Shown: positions 1 to 9,907, counted from the first letter of the stretch. The stretch is DNA of 64,000 nt from an uncultured Bacilli bacterium (GCA_944331955.1 CALVIY010000003.1:4412-68411), one strand, 5' to 3'. The notes: generated by a model not told the origin, from the sequence alone. Translations and numbers: made by a program.

Positions 1-1
1 A

Positions 2-1087
2 ATAGTAGGAGATAGACACAGTGTAATTGAATATGCAGTTAATTCTAAAGTTAAAATGATTGTTTTAGCAGGATATAGTGAAATAAAAGATAAACATATA
101 GAACTTGCTAAAGAAAATGGAGTTAATATTATTAGAAGTAACTATGATACATATCATATCGCTAAGTTAATAGGGCTTTCTAACTACATCAGAACAATGA
201 AAAGATCTACTAAAGATGCTGTTTATTTTGATGAAAATAGTTATGTAGATGATATATTAGATGTTAATAAAAAATTAAGACATACTAATTATCCTGTTAT
301 TAATGGAAGAACTGGTAAGTGTTTAGGACTTTTAAGAATTACAGATTTAGATTCTAAAAATCCTAAGAAAGTAATACTAGTTGACCATAACGAAGAAAAA
401 CAAAGTGCTGAAGGTCTTGATGAAGCAGAAATTATTGAAATAGTAGATCATCATAATCTAAGTAGCCTATCAACACCTAGTCCAATTAACTTTAGAAATA
501 TGGCCGTAGGTTCTAGTAATACAATTATCTATTCATTATATAAAGAAAAAAATATAGATATACCTAAAGAAATAGCAGGACTTATGTTATCAGGAATTTT
601 ATCAGATACTTTAATCCTTAAGTCACCTACAACTACAGATTTAGATAGAAAAGCAGTTAAAGAGTTATCTAGTATAGCAGAAGTTAATTATGAAGAATAT
701 GGCTTAAATTTAATTAAAGCAGGTACATCACTAGATGGTATGACTCATGAAGATGTATTATATAATGACTTTAAATTATATACAGTAGATGATAAGACTC
801 TTGGAATAGGACAATTCTTTACTACTAATTTTGATGAAATTAAAAAAGAAATGGATTCATATCTTGATACTTTAGATAGAGAAGCAGAAGGTAATAATTA
901 TTCACTAATCGCTTTATATATAACAGATATTATTAAGAATGGTTCTTATGTTCTATTCAATAGAAAAGCTAAAGATATAATGGATAATGCTTACGATAAA
1001 GAAATGAGTGAAGGAGAGTACTTACAAGACTGTGTTTCACGTAAGAAAAATGTTGTCCCAGTAATTATGGCAAGTTTTGAAAAATAG
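2..1087 (+). CDS. ppaC: CBS-domain family II (DHH/DHHA2) manganese-dependent inorganic pyrophosphatase; 5' end cut by window edge
   Basis: The frame is open from base 2 (IVGDRHSVIEYAV...), upstream of the first Met of ORF 56..1087. A CBS-like segment is followed by LVDHNE, IVDHHNL (DHH motif) and a DHHA2-like C-terminus. Confidence 0.85.
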   Translation: MVGDRHSVIEYAVNSKVKMIVLAGYSEIKDKHIELAKENGVNIIRSNYDTYHIAKLIGLSNYIRTMKRSTKDAVYFDENSYVDDILDVNKKLRHTNYPVINGRTGKCLGLLRITDLDSKNPKKVILVDHNEEKQSAEGLDEAEIIEIVDHHNLSSLSTPSPINFRNMAVGSSNTIIYSLYKEKNIDIPKEIAGLMLSGILSDTLILKSPTTTDLDRKAVKELSSIAEVNYEEYGLNLIKAGTSLDGMTHEDVLYNDFKLYTVDDKTLGIGQFFTTNFDEIKKEMDSYLDTLDREAEGNNYSLIALYITDIIKNGSYVLFNRKAKDIMDNAYDKEMSEGEYLQDCVSRKKNVVPVIMASFEK

Positions 1088-1112
1088 TATAGTTTAATCT
1101 ATACTTTTTTTC
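1086..1112 (+). terminator. Rho-independent terminator after ppaC
   Basis: AGTATAG/CTATACT stem with a 6-nt loop, followed by a T-run. Confidence 0.7.
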
Positions 1113-1157
1113 TTTTAAATTACATGTTATAATTATTAAAGAATAGGAAGTGGTTTT

Positions 1158-3044
1158 ATGGCATATAATTTTGAACTATTAAAAGAAAAACTTGATAATA
1201 AAGAAGAGTTAGAAAATTTTATTAAGATAAACAATCATAATATTCTAGAAGAAGAGATAAATTCTAAAATAACTTTAGTAAAGCAATTATTAGGCTATTA
1301 CAATCAAACTCTTGTAAGAAGCCAAGACCTTTTAACAGATAGTGATTTTAATGAGGAACTAAATATAAAAAATGAAATATCTTTAAGCTTTGGAGAAATA
1401 GAAAAATTAGAAAATTCTTCTATGAAACTAGAAAAACTTAATAATATTTATCTAAAATTATATAATAATTATTTTTCTTTTTCTAATAAAGTCTTAGATG
1501 CTATAAAAACTAGTGCCTTAATAACTGACTATAACAATACTATTTCTAAAGCTAACAACATAATTCTTAATCTTAATAAATCTATTTTACCAAAAAGTAT
1601 AATAGATGAAGTTATTCCTTTTTATAGTGAGGCTAAAACTAGTACTGACATTAATAAGATTACAGCATTTATAAATATAGCAACTACTAAATTAAACTCT
1701 AATGAAAACATAGATGTAAATGTTAAACAAGGAAGAGAAAATGAGCGTATCTTTTCTTTGTTCGCTAAAATAAATGACCAAATAATATATGCTAATTATT
1801 TAACAGTTAATAACTTAGTTTATGCCTTATACACATTAGAAGATAATAGTAAGTATTATGCTATTATAAAAGATGAAAAAGAAATAGAAATATTAAATCA
1901 AAGTTTTAATAATCTTCCTAATTTAGTTTTAACTAAAGATAATATTATTGAAACATGTAAGCTTATTATTAAAAATGCTGGTATTTATTATGATATTAAT
2001 GAATATATGCGTTATGTTGAGAAAAGTTATAAGACAAAAATGACTAAAGAAATAGATGACTTAATTTTAAAATATAAAACAAGATTACAAGAGTTAGAAA
2101 CATTTATTAAAGCTCAATTAGACTTTATTGATGATATAGCACTCATAGTAAATCATAAACCTTGTCCTAAATATCCTAATATTACTTATAATGATATAGA
2201 TATAAATAATTATTTTCCTAATTACTTAAAAGAAAATGATTCAAAATTAAATGAAATAGAAAGACTAATTATAGAAGTATTATTAAACCCTACAATTAAA
2301 AGTGAATTTAATACTAAAAGCATTCTAAATACTTTATATGATGAGTCTATAATTAATTCTCTTTTAACTAGTAATTATAATGTAATAGAAGAAACTCCTA
2401 ATGTTAATACTAATGATAATATTGTAAATAGACTAGAAGTAACTAATAATATTAAAACTAATTATGAAAAGATTAAAGACTATTTAAAAGATAGAGTAGA
2501 AGAGTTAAAACTATTAGAAAGTAGTCCTAAAATTAATGTAACTATCACTAAAGATGATAATAATATCTTTAAAGACATTAATACAGTACTAGATCTTAAT
2601 ACTGCTATCATAATATGTGATAAAGTCTATAAAAAAGGCCAAGGTAATTATGCCGTTATAGATTATTTAAAAACAGGTAATACCTTAAAGTTTACTTCTA
2701 AATATAAAGCTAGAGATTTAGCAAGTAATACTAATAGATGTGATTACTTAAAATTATTACTTGAAAATATATTTAAGAGATATTTATATAATAATAATTT
2801 AAATACTTTTATAGATAATATTATATCTAAAGATAATATAACAGTTAAAAGCATTGTTATAGACTTATTAAATAACGAAGAAGTATTAACAGATGCGATT
2901 AATAATTTTGATTATGAATACTTAGATCTTCTTTCAGAAAAGTCTAAAAGAATTGATATAATACTAAATAATAAAAACGATTTAAAAATAGAAAAAATTA
3001 ATATTATTCTAGAAAATATCAAAAAAGAAGAACAAATAATATAA
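1158..3044 (+). CDS. hypothetical Asn/Ile/Lys-rich protein (628 aa)
   Basis: Long uninterrupted ORF. An AGGAAG SD lies 7 nt upstream and a TGtTATAAT extended -10 at 1125-1133. No motif recognised. Confidence 0.6.
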   Translation: MAYNFELLKEKLDNKEELENFIKINNHNILEEEINSKITLVKQLLGYYNQTLVRSQDLLTDSDFNEELNIKNEISLSFGEIEKLENSSMKLEKLNNIYLKLYNNYFSFSNKVLDAIKTSALITDYNNTISKANNIILNLNKSILPKSIIDEVIPFYSEAKTSTDINKITAFINIATTKLNSNENIDVNVKQGRENERIFSLFAKINDQIIYANYLTVNNLVYALYTLEDNSKYYAIIKDEKEIEILNQSFNNLPNLVLTKDNIIETCKLIIKNAGIYYDINEYMRYVEKSYKTKMTKEIDDLILKYKTRLQELETFIKAQLDFIDDIALIVNHKPCPKYPNITYNDIDINNYFPNYLKENDSKLNEIERLIIEVLLNPTIKSEFNTKSILNTLYDESIINSLLTSNYNVIEETPNVNTNDNIVNRLEVTNNIKTNYEKIKDYLKDRVEELKLLESSPKINVTITKDDNNIFKDINTVLDLNTAIIICDKVYKKGQGNYAVIDYLKTGNTLKFTSKYKARDLASNTNRCDYLKLLLENIFKRYLYNNNLNTFIDNIISKDNITVKSIVIDLLNNEEVLTDAINNFDYEYLDLLSEKSKRIDIILNNKNDLKIEKINIILENIKKEEQII

Positions 3045-3256
3045 TAAATTTAAAAAAATATATGTAAATTTTTGTTGATATTAAAGGTTTTCCTTGAGTT
3101 TACGAAAACTCGTACTTGTAACTTTTCGACTTTTATTATATATTGTTATTGGGAATGAATTTTCCTAGTCATCTAACTCTCTTTACCATCTTATTTTTTG
3201 TTTTAAAGTCGCCCAATTAAACAAAAAAAGAAGAGTTTAGATGACTCTTTTATTTT

Positions 3257-4042
3257 TTAGACTAATTTATGTATTTTTCTATACATTTTTGCACTTTCAA
3301 CTTTTATTCTTTCTTCATCTTTTAGACTATCTATTAAAACATCAAAGTAAGGTTTAGAACAATCAGTACTTAAATAACTATATAAAAGATTATATATTTC
3401 TTTATTACGTTTAAAAAGGCTAAAAAGACTATTAACATCATTTGTCCTATCATCGATAATATTTTCAAAATTTATGCCATATATTAAAGATAAATTAGTT
3501 AAAGCATGTTTTAATTTGTCAATATTAGAGTTTGGTCTTAGTATTTTACCATTTAAAGCTAGTTCATAATGCGATTCTGCTTTCTTGGGATAATTTTTAG
3601 TTACAGCATCAAAGTCTATTAAATGACCACCATCTTTATCCATAAGACTATTAGATAAAGCGATATCGTTTAACAAAAATCCTTTATTATGTATTTCTTT
3701 TAATTGTTTAGTACAATCAAGTACCGCCTTTACTCTTTCTTCATGCGTAAACATATCTCTATTAATAATATAATCAAAAGCATAAGAATTAGGAAAATAA
3801 GACATAATAAAACCTTGTAATTTATCATCTACTTTATACTCCTCAATAGGGTAACCACTACCTTCAATCTTTTTCTCACCCAATAACTCCATTATAGTAG
3901 ATTCTTTTTCTAAACTTATATTTCTAATAACTTTAATAACAGTACCGTCTTTTAATGCTTTATGAGTGGCAAGAAAACCAAAACCACCTTCTTTATTAGG
4001 TATCTTTTCAATAAAACAAGATTCTCTAAAACTTATATTCAT
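3257..4042 (-). CDS. protein-kinase-like fold protein (atypical Ser/Thr or small-molecule kinase)
   Basis: Has a GGFGF glycine-loop-like segment, VIKV Lys, a catalytic-loop-like NDIALSN (DxxxxN) and DFD in place of DFG. A bidirectional hairpin lies at 3231-3247. Confidence 0.5.
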   Translation of the reverse strand: MNISFRESCFIEKIPNKEGGFGFLATHKALKDGTVIKVIRNISLEKESTIMELLGEKKIEGSGYPIEEYKVDDKLQGFIMSYFPNSYAFDYIINRDMFTHEERVKAVLDCTKQLKEIHNKGFLLNDIALSNSLMDKDGGHLIDFDAVTKNYPKKAESHYELALNGKILRPNSNIDKLKHALTNLSLIYGINFENIIDDRTNDVNSLFSLFKRNKEIYNLLYSYLSTDCSKPYFDVLIDSLKDEERIKVESAKMYRKIHKLV

Positions 4043-4104
4043 AATATCCCCCTTAAAAGTACTATATAAAATACCACAAAATTAATAAAAAAGCAAGTTA
4101 TACT

Positions 4105-4132
4105 TTGCTAAATAAAAAAATTACTGTATAAT
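4105..4132 (+). promoter_or_regulatory. sigma-A type promoter of hisS
   Basis: TTGCTA, 16-nt spacer, TGtATAAT. The leader is only ~25 nt, so there is no room for a T-box. Confidence 0.6.
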
Positions 4133-4157
4133 ATCAGGTAGAAAGAAAGGGATTAAT

Positions 4158-5468
4158 ATGATTAATAAACCAAAAGGAACAGTTGATTTAACTGATAAGA
4201 AAGCAAGAATTTGGAAATATGTAGAAGAAGTAATTGATTCATGTATGGAAAAGTATAACTATAATTATATTAGAACACCTATATTTGAATCTAGTGAATT
4301 ATTTCATAGAGGAATAGGAGATTCTACTGATATAGTTACTAAAGAAACATATGACTTTAAAGATAGGGGAGATAGACCTATTACCTTAAGACCAGAAGGA
4401 ACAGCAGGAGTAGTTAGAAGTTATATAGAAAATAAAATGTATGGTACTCATAATTTACCTGTAAAAGTTTATTATAATGGAACAATGTATCGTTATGAAA
4501 GACCTCAAAAGGGAAGATTACGAGAACTTAGCCAATATGGAGTAGAAGTAATGGGTAGTAGTGATCCAATGATGGATGCAGAAGTTATTTCACTTGCATA
4601 CAACATTAATAAAATGTTAGGACTAACTGATACAGTAGTACATATTAATAGTCTAGGAGATAAAGAATCTCGTGATAAATATAGAGAAGCCCTAAAAAGC
4701 TATTTTAAGCCTCATTTAGACGATTTATGTGATGATTGTAAGGAAAGATTCGATAAGAACCCTTTAAGGATTATAGACTGTAAAATAGATAGTAATAAAG
4801 ACTACTTTAAAGATGCTCCTAAAATATTAGATTATCTTAATGATGAGAGTAAAGAGCACTTTGAAAAGGTGTGTGAGTATCTTGATTTATTAGAAGTTAA
4901 ATATGAAATAGATCCTAAAATAGTAAGAGGACTTGACTATTATAATCATACTGTTTTTGAATTAATGACAGAAAATAATAACCTTGCCTTAGGTGGAGGA
5001 GGAAGATATGATAATCTAGTTAGTATGCTAGATGGACCGGAAACACCATGTGTAGGTTATGCAGTTGGACTTGATAGATTAGTTGATGAGATAATAGAAA
5101 GAGATATAGATAATGTTAGATCCGATATAGATGCTTTCATTATGTATGTTAATGAAGATGAAAAAAGAAATGCAATTTATCTTGCTAATGAACTTAGAAT
5201 GTCAGGTTTTGTAGTAGAAACAGAATATACTAAAAGAAGTTTAAAGAGCCAGTTTAAAAGAGCAGATTACTTTAATAGTAAATACTTAATACTACTAAAC
5301 AGTGATGATTTAAATGAAGGTTTAATTACTATTAAAAATAATAAAACTAAAGAAGAAGAAAAGATTATGATGGAATATATCATTTACTACTTTGATGAAC
5401 ATATAAGTGATGATAACCTACCTGTAGATGAAGAATGTACTTGCCATGAACATAATCATGACGAATAA
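4158..5468 (+). CDS. hisS: histidine--tRNA ligase
   Basis: Class II HisRS motifs are present (RPEGTAGVVR, YRYERPQKGRLRE, GGGGRYD, GYAVGLDRL). There is an unusual Cys/His-rich C-terminal tail. Confidence 0.95.
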   Translation: MINKPKGTVDLTDKKARIWKYVEEVIDSCMEKYNYNYIRTPIFESSELFHRGIGDSTDIVTKETYDFKDRGDRPITLRPEGTAGVVRSYIENKMYGTHNLPVKVYYNGTMYRYERPQKGRLRELSQYGVEVMGSSDPMMDAEVISLAYNINKMLGLTDTVVHINSLGDKESRDKYREALKSYFKPHLDDLCDDCKERFDKNPLRIIDCKIDSNKDYFKDAPKILDYLNDESKEHFEKVCEYLDLLEVKYEIDPKIVRGLDYYNHTVFELMTENNNLALGGGGRYDNLVSMLDGPETPCVGYAVGLDRLVDEIIERDIDNVRSDIDAFIMYVNEDEKRNAIYLANELRMSGFVVETEYTKRSLKSQFKRADYFNSKYLILLNSDDLNEGLITIKNNKTKEEEKIMMEYIIYYFDEHISDDNLPVDEECTCHEHNHDE

Positions 5469-6360
5469 ACCAATAATAGAATTAAAAGAGGAACTTAATC
5501 CTTATGGAAAACCGTATTTATTTTTAATAAAACAAGAGGATACTAAAGTACAGATAACCTCATCTTATGATAAAGAGTTTTATAAAGAATTTATGAAATT
5601 AAAAGAAGATTATTTTAATGATGTAATAGAATGTTCTAAAAAAACAAAAGATTTGTTAGAAAAAGATATTTCTTATCTTTTAGATAATTACCGATTCGAT
5701 GAAGAAGTTTTAAAAGAAGGTAAAGACTTATATAGATATGAACAGTTTATGGAAATTGAAAAAGATACTAACTATATAAGAGAAAATGCTTTATATAATT
5801 GGTCATTATTTAAAGATGGATATAGTTATCGTGAAAATTATATAGACAGCATACATTATTTTACTGATGAAGGCAATAAGTTATTTTTAAGTTTTATAAG
5901 AAAAGATAGTGATGGTATAAGAATATGCACTAATACTTGGTTAAAACATCAATATAAAATTTATTATGAAGTTAATTCTTATATTACCTCTTTACAGTTT
6001 AAAAGAATTAATAAAATAATTAACTATTGTATTATTAAACAAGGTAAAGAAGATTTCATTGTAGATGAAGACGGCATAACATTAAAAACAAAAGAGTTTG
6101 AACCAAAAATTATAAAAGTTAGTAGGCATTTACTATTACCATATGATGAAATGATAAGGTTAGTAGAAAAAAGTAATACTAGTGATATATATGAATTATT
6201 AGATTGTATAGAGAATAAGATATATGATTATTATCCAAGAGAAGAGATAAAAGAACATTTATTAGATTGTATATTTATTAAAGAGTATGAAGAAAAACTA
6301 AAAGAAGGAGTAAAAACATATGAAAAAAATATATTTCAAAGATTTAGAAAATTATTTTGA
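5428..6360 (+). CDS. hypothetical protein wedged between hisS and aspS (start uncertain: 5428/5446/5458)
   Basis: ~300-aa ORF that overlaps the hisS stop and, by 41 nt, the aspS start. No SD precedes any candidate start and no motif was recognised. Confidence 0.55.
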   Translation: MKNVLAMNIIMTNKPIIELKEELNPYGKPYLFLIKQEDTKVQITSSYDKEFYKEFMKLKEDYFNDVIECSKKTKDLLEKDISYLLDNYRFDEEVLKEGKDLYRYEQFMEIEKDTNYIRENALYNWSLFKDGYSYRENYIDSIHYFTDEGNKLFLSFIRKDSDGIRICTNTWLKHQYKIYYEVNSYITSLQFKRINKIINYCIIKQGKEDFIVDEDGITLKTKEFEPKIIKVSRHLLLPYDEMIRLVEKSNTSDIYELLDCIENKIYDYYPREEIKEHLLDCIFIKEYEEKLKEGVKTYEKNIFQRFRKLF

Positions 6361-7633
6361 TAAAGAAATAGAAATTAGTGGTTTTGTTGAAAATATTAGA
6401 AATATTAAATGGGTACAATTTTTAGTACTTAGAGACTCTACTGGTAAAGTTCAAGTAACTATTGAGAAAAGTGATGAAAATAATGCTGAAATGGTAGAAT
6501 TAGTTAATAATTTAACTATAGAATCTACTATTAAAGTAACAGGTACCCTAAAGAAAAATGAAAACGTTAGGCTAAGAGGAATGGAGTTTATTCCAACTAA
6601 AATAGAAGTTACTAGCGAAAGTGATGCCGAACTTCCTATTAATATTCATGATAAAGATGCTCAACTTTTAGACCAAAGACTAGATTATAGATGGCTAGAC
6701 CTTAGAAATGAATATAACTTTAATATTTTTAAGATCCAAAGTGATATGACAAGATTTATGAGAGAATTTATGTATTCAAAAGACTTTACAGAAATACATA
6801 CACCTAAGTTAATAGGTGCAGCAAGTGAAAGTGGTTCTGAAGTGTTTGAAGTAAAATACTTTGACCGTAAAGCTTATCTTGCTCAGTCACCTCAATTTTA
6901 TAAACAAATGGCTATCGCTAGTGGTTATGATAAAGTCTTTGAAGTAGCACCCGTATTCCGTGCAGAAAACTCTAATACCAGTAGACATACTACAGAATTT
7001 ACTGGTTTTGATGTAGAATTTGCCTATATTGATTCTTACCAGGATGTTATGGACTTTGAAGAAGAATTATTAACTTATACATTAGAAAAGTTACACGATA
7101 AATATAATGATTTAGTAAAAAAGCTTTATAATGAGGAAATAGTTGTACCAAAAAATAAATTCCCAAGAATTAAACTAAGTGATTTATATGATGAACTTGA
7201 AAAAAGATATGACTATAAAGTAGAGGAATCAGAGAAAAACGATTTAACTACAGAAGGAGAAAAACTTGCGTATCGTTATGCAATGGATGAATTTAACTCA
7301 GAATTTATCTTTGTTACAGACTTTCCAAAAGATAAACGTGCTTTCTATCATATGAGAAAAGATGATATTCCAGAAGGTTATGACTTAATCTATAAAGGAG
7401 TAGAAATAACAACAGGTGCAGAGCGTGAACATAGATATGATGTCTTAGTTAAACAAGCGAAAGAAAAAGGACTTGATAAAGATGTAGAGTTCTACTTAGA
7501 ATTCTTTAAATATGGTTGTCCTCCTCATGGTGGTTTTGGACTTGGTATCGATAGACTTACAATGCTAATATTAGGAATATCTATTAAAGAAGCGATGCTA
7601 TTATTTAGAGGACCTAATAGATTAAACCCATAA
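6320..7633 (+). CDS. aspS: aspartate--tRNA ligase, archaeal/type-2 (possibly non-discriminating)
   Basis: Motifs FRAENSNTSRHTTEF, GGFGLGIDRL and a C-terminal RGPNRLNP; 437 aa. AAGGAG SD. Classic hisS-aspS context. Confidence 0.9.
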   Translation: MKKIYFKDLENYFDKEIEISGFVENIRNIKWVQFLVLRDSTGKVQVTIEKSDENNAEMVELVNNLTIESTIKVTGTLKKNENVRLRGMEFIPTKIEVTSESDAELPINIHDKDAQLLDQRLDYRWLDLRNEYNFNIFKIQSDMTRFMREFMYSKDFTEIHTPKLIGAASESGSEVFEVKYFDRKAYLAQSPQFYKQMAIASGYDKVFEVAPVFRAENSNTSRHTTEFTGFDVEFAYIDSYQDVMDFEEELLTYTLEKLHDKYNDLVKKLYNEEIVVPKNKFPRIKLSDLYDELEKRYDYKVEESEKNDLTTEGEKLAYRYAMDEFNSEFIFVTDFPKDKRAFYHMRKDDIPEGYDLIYKGVEITTGAEREHRYDVLVKQAKEKGLDKDVEFYLEFFKYGCPPHGGFGLGIDRLTMLILGISIKEAMLLFRGPNRLNP

Positions 7634-7726
7634 GATGTGTAAATTTACATGTCTTTTTCTTTTTATAGTAGAATAATTTTTCTTCTTCCGATATACTCTT
7701 AAGTAAGAAAAGAAAATTGGAAAGCA

Positions 7727-8545
7727 GTGATGCATATGGAGAATGTAAGAAGAGTAGGAATGCTTTTTATCGCTTTAATAACTTTATTACTAGTAGCATC
7801 TATCATATTTATTGTTAATGTTAATCTAAAAGATGAAAGTAGTGAAACATTCAATGAAAATACTAATACCTTAACTAATAAAGAAATAGATTCTTTAATG
7901 AATCTTATTGATATATATGATAGTTATATAATTACTTTTGATGGCATGAAAAACTTAAGGACATTGTCTAATAAAGAAAAGATTAATTTTATTGATAGAC
8001 TACCTAGTGATATTAAAAAAGAACTTAACTTAGACTTTAATATAGGTGTTAGTCTAAAACAAGTAGAATCTACTTTAAAAAAATATTTTGGTCCTACAAC
8101 AACCTTTTCCCCAGTTAATTCTACTTGCTTTCTAGATGATGGAGATTATTTAATATATGATAGCAATACTAAGATGTATAAAGCAGATAATGATTATCAT
8201 GCTCATGGCTCATATGAATCCCCATCTATAGAAAATTATTATGTAGAAGGAGAAAGAAAGGTAGAAGGAGATAAGTTAATCTATTCGATAACTTTAAAAA
8301 AAGCTTTTGCCTATCCAAACTCATCATCATATTTTAGTAGTTATAGTGATTTAATAAATAATAATAATTTAATAGTAGATTTATATGAAGAATATAAAGA
8401 TTATGAAGAAAGTGATGTTAATAGTCTATTAAAACCTTATAAAGATGAATTAACTAGTTATACTTATATTTTTGAAACAAAAGATAGTATAGAAAATAGT
8501 TACTTAATAGAACTTGCCAACCTTAATAGTCAAAGTGAATTTTAA
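7727..8545 (+). CDS. hypothetical N-terminally membrane-anchored protein
   Basis: One N-terminal TM segment (MLFIALITLLLVASIIFIV) followed by a soluble domain. No motif recognised. Confidence 0.55.
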   Translation: MMHMENVRRVGMLFIALITLLLVASIIFIVNVNLKDESSETFNENTNTLTNKEIDSLMNLIDIYDSYIITFDGMKNLRTLSNKEKINFIDRLPSDIKKELNLDFNIGVSLKQVESTLKKYFGPTTTFSPVNSTCFLDDGDYLIYDSNTKMYKADNDYHAHGSYESPSIENYYVEGERKVEGDKLIYSITLKKAFAYPNSSSYFSSYSDLINNNNLIVDLYEEYKDYEESDVNSLLKPYKDELTSYTYIFETKDSIENSYLIELANLNSQSEF

Positions 8546-8551
8546 AAGACC

Positions 8552-9016
8552 TTAACTCTTTTTAGTTAAAGTCTTTTGTTTTTGATAACCATCTTTATAA
8601 CTTTTAGATTCCATAAAAGTATCTATAGTTTTATGGAAATTCTTATTACTATTATCACTTCTAAAATTTAGAAAATCAAGTTCATACTCTTTAACACTTT
8701 GATAATGAGCACTTAACTGAAATATATTTTCTTTGATAAAATTCTCTTCTGTTATTATGAATCCTTCTTTTAAATCACTAATTAATGTTAAACCATTATT
8801 AATAGTTATATAGTCTTTAGAAGTATTAGTTGAATCCATTCTTACCGCTTTAAATTCTTCTTCTAAATAATTAATACCATGATCAACTGCCTTTAAAAAT
8901 ATTGTTTGTTCTTTTAAAGATAAATCTCTATTAAGAGATAACTTTAACATTTCAAAGAAATTCTTTTCTTGCTTTAAAACTTTCCTTTCTTTTAAAAACT
9001 CCCACATTATAATCAT
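8552..9016 (-). CDS. hypothetical protein
   Basis: 154-aa ORF convergent with the previous gene. No motif recognised. Confidence 0.5.
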   Translation of the reverse strand: MIIMWEFLKERKVLKQEKNFFEMLKLSLNRDLSLKEQTIFLKAVDHGINYLEEEFKAVRMDSTNTSKDYITINNGLTLISDLKEGFIITEENFIKENIFQLSAHYQSVKEYELDFLNFRSDNSNKNFHKTIDTFMESKSYKDGYQKQKTLTKKS

Positions 9017-9070
9017 TTCCTTTCTTATGGCTACTTATTATACCATTTAAATTAACAAAAAATCAAAAAG

Positions 9071-9140
9071 TATTTACTAAAACAAATTGTTGTGATACAA
9101 TAAAGATGTATTAAATGAAAGAGATTTCATATAATATTAA
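9071..9140 (+). repeat. copy 1 of the duplicated ~70-nt promoter/leader module (mate at 9908-9977)
   Basis: Near-identical to 9908-9977. Contains TTTACT (9073-78), a 17-nt spacer, TGaTACAAT (-10 at 9096-9101) and the leader hairpin ATGAAAgagaTTTCAT. Confidence 0.85.
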
Positions 9141-9168
9141 AGTAAGTTATTTACTTACACATATGAAA

Positions 9169-9270
9169 ATGTTTCTCGCTTCTGGGTGGCTGGCGAGTAA
9201 TAAATGATCCCAATAGGCAATGTTTCTCGCTTCTGGGTGGCTGGCGAGTAATAAGTAATCCCAGTGGAAA
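9169..9270 (+). ncRNA. type III antitoxin-like RNA: 2 tandem 51-nt repeats
   Basis: Unit ATGTTTCTCGCTTCTGGGTGGCTGGCGAGTAATAAaTGATCCCAaTaGG occurs twice head-to-tail (period 51). It is locally GC-rich, with CTCGC/GCGAG and CTGGG/CCCAG pairing potential. It sits between a promoter and a terminator, upstream of a toxin-sized ORF. Confidence 0.75.
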
Positions 9271-9276
9271 ATAACT

Positions 9277-9310
9277 AGAAAATTCTATCGTTTGATAGAA
9301 TTTTCTTTTT
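9277..9310 (+). terminator. Rho-independent terminator between the antitoxin repeats and toxin 1
   Basis: Perfect 13-bp stem AGAAAATTCTATC/GATAGAATTTTCT, 4-nt loop, then TTTT. Confidence 0.85.
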
Positions 9311-9385
9311 AAAAAAAACATTGACGAACATATTTTTAGTGTGGTACACTTAAGTTACAGTTTATATTTTTGGGGGTATAGAAAC

Positions 9386-9880
9386 ATGAAAATAAAAACA
9401 GGATACTTATATCATATTAAAGATGAATTTTTTGATATTGCTAATGATGAGAATTTAATGACTAACCATGAGCGAGGAAAAGCAAGGCCCACTTATTTTA
9501 CAATTAAAGATAAAAATATATTATGGTTTATACCTTTAAGTAGCAAGGTAGAAAAATATAAAAAGATAGTAGATAAGAAGACGAAAAAATATGGTTTTTG
9601 CAATACGATTTTAATTAAAAAGATTTTTGATGAGGAAAGTGCGATATTGTTACAAAACGCTTTTCCTGCTATAGAAAAATATATTAATCATGTCCACATG
9701 CGAAATGGTAAACCGGCAAAAGTTCCTCCAAAAATAGAAAAAGAGATAGAATCAAAATTTCGTGAATTAATGTTATTAAAAAAACGTGGAATAAATCTCT
9801 TCTTTGCTAATATAGATAAAATTAAAGAACAAATGTTAAAAGAACTTAATAATACTTGCTTAGAAAATTCTAGTATTTAA
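9386..9880 (+). CDS. type III TA toxin candidate (distant ToxN/AbiQ-superfamily-like endoribonuclease, possibly CptN-like)
   Basis: The ATG at 9386 follows a GGGGG SD. The upstream GTG extension in the ORF track is unlikely. 164 aa, with a WFIPLSSKVEKYKK segment reminiscent of the ToxN/AbiQ PLSS-K motif. The call relies on position after the repeats plus terminator. Confidence 0.6.
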   Translation: MKIKTGYLYHIKDEFFDIANDENLMTNHERGKARPTYFTIKDKNILWFIPLSSKVEKYKKIVDKKTKKYGFCNTILIKKIFDEESAILLQNAFPAIEKYINHVHMRNGKPAKVPPKIEKEIESKFRELMLLKKRGINLFFANIDKIKEQMLKELNNTCLENSSI

Positions 9881-9907
9881 ATCAATAAAAATCAAAAAAT
9901 CAAAAAA

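Noticed and set aside
3045-3256. Possible small RNA or 21-codon ORF in the convergent intergenic gap. It has hairpins GAGTTT/AAACTC and GGAA/TTCC, and a long-range pairing 3167-3181 / 3233-3247.
   Set aside because: There is no convincing promoter, no match to any RNA family I recognise, and the mini-ORF has no spaced SD. The 3231-3247 hairpin is adequately explained as a bidirectional terminator.
4043-4157. Looked for T-box leaders upstream of hisS (and also of aspS and gltX).
   Set aside because: The leaders are too short (~25 nt for hisS; aspS is overlapped by an ORF; gltX is preceded by a tRNA). No specifier or T-box sequence (…GGTGGTACCGCG-like) is present.
9169-9270. Tandem direct repeats considered as a mini CRISPR array.
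   Set aside because: The units abut with no spacers, there are only two copies, and no cas genes are present. The promoter-repeats-terminator-toxin layout fits a type III antitoxin RNA instead.
9325-9338. CGAACATATTTTTA in the cassette-1 internal promoter considered as a third LexA box.
   Set aside because: The second half-site lacks the essential GTTC (it reads TTTTA). The two boxes at lexA share TTGTTT, which this site does not.
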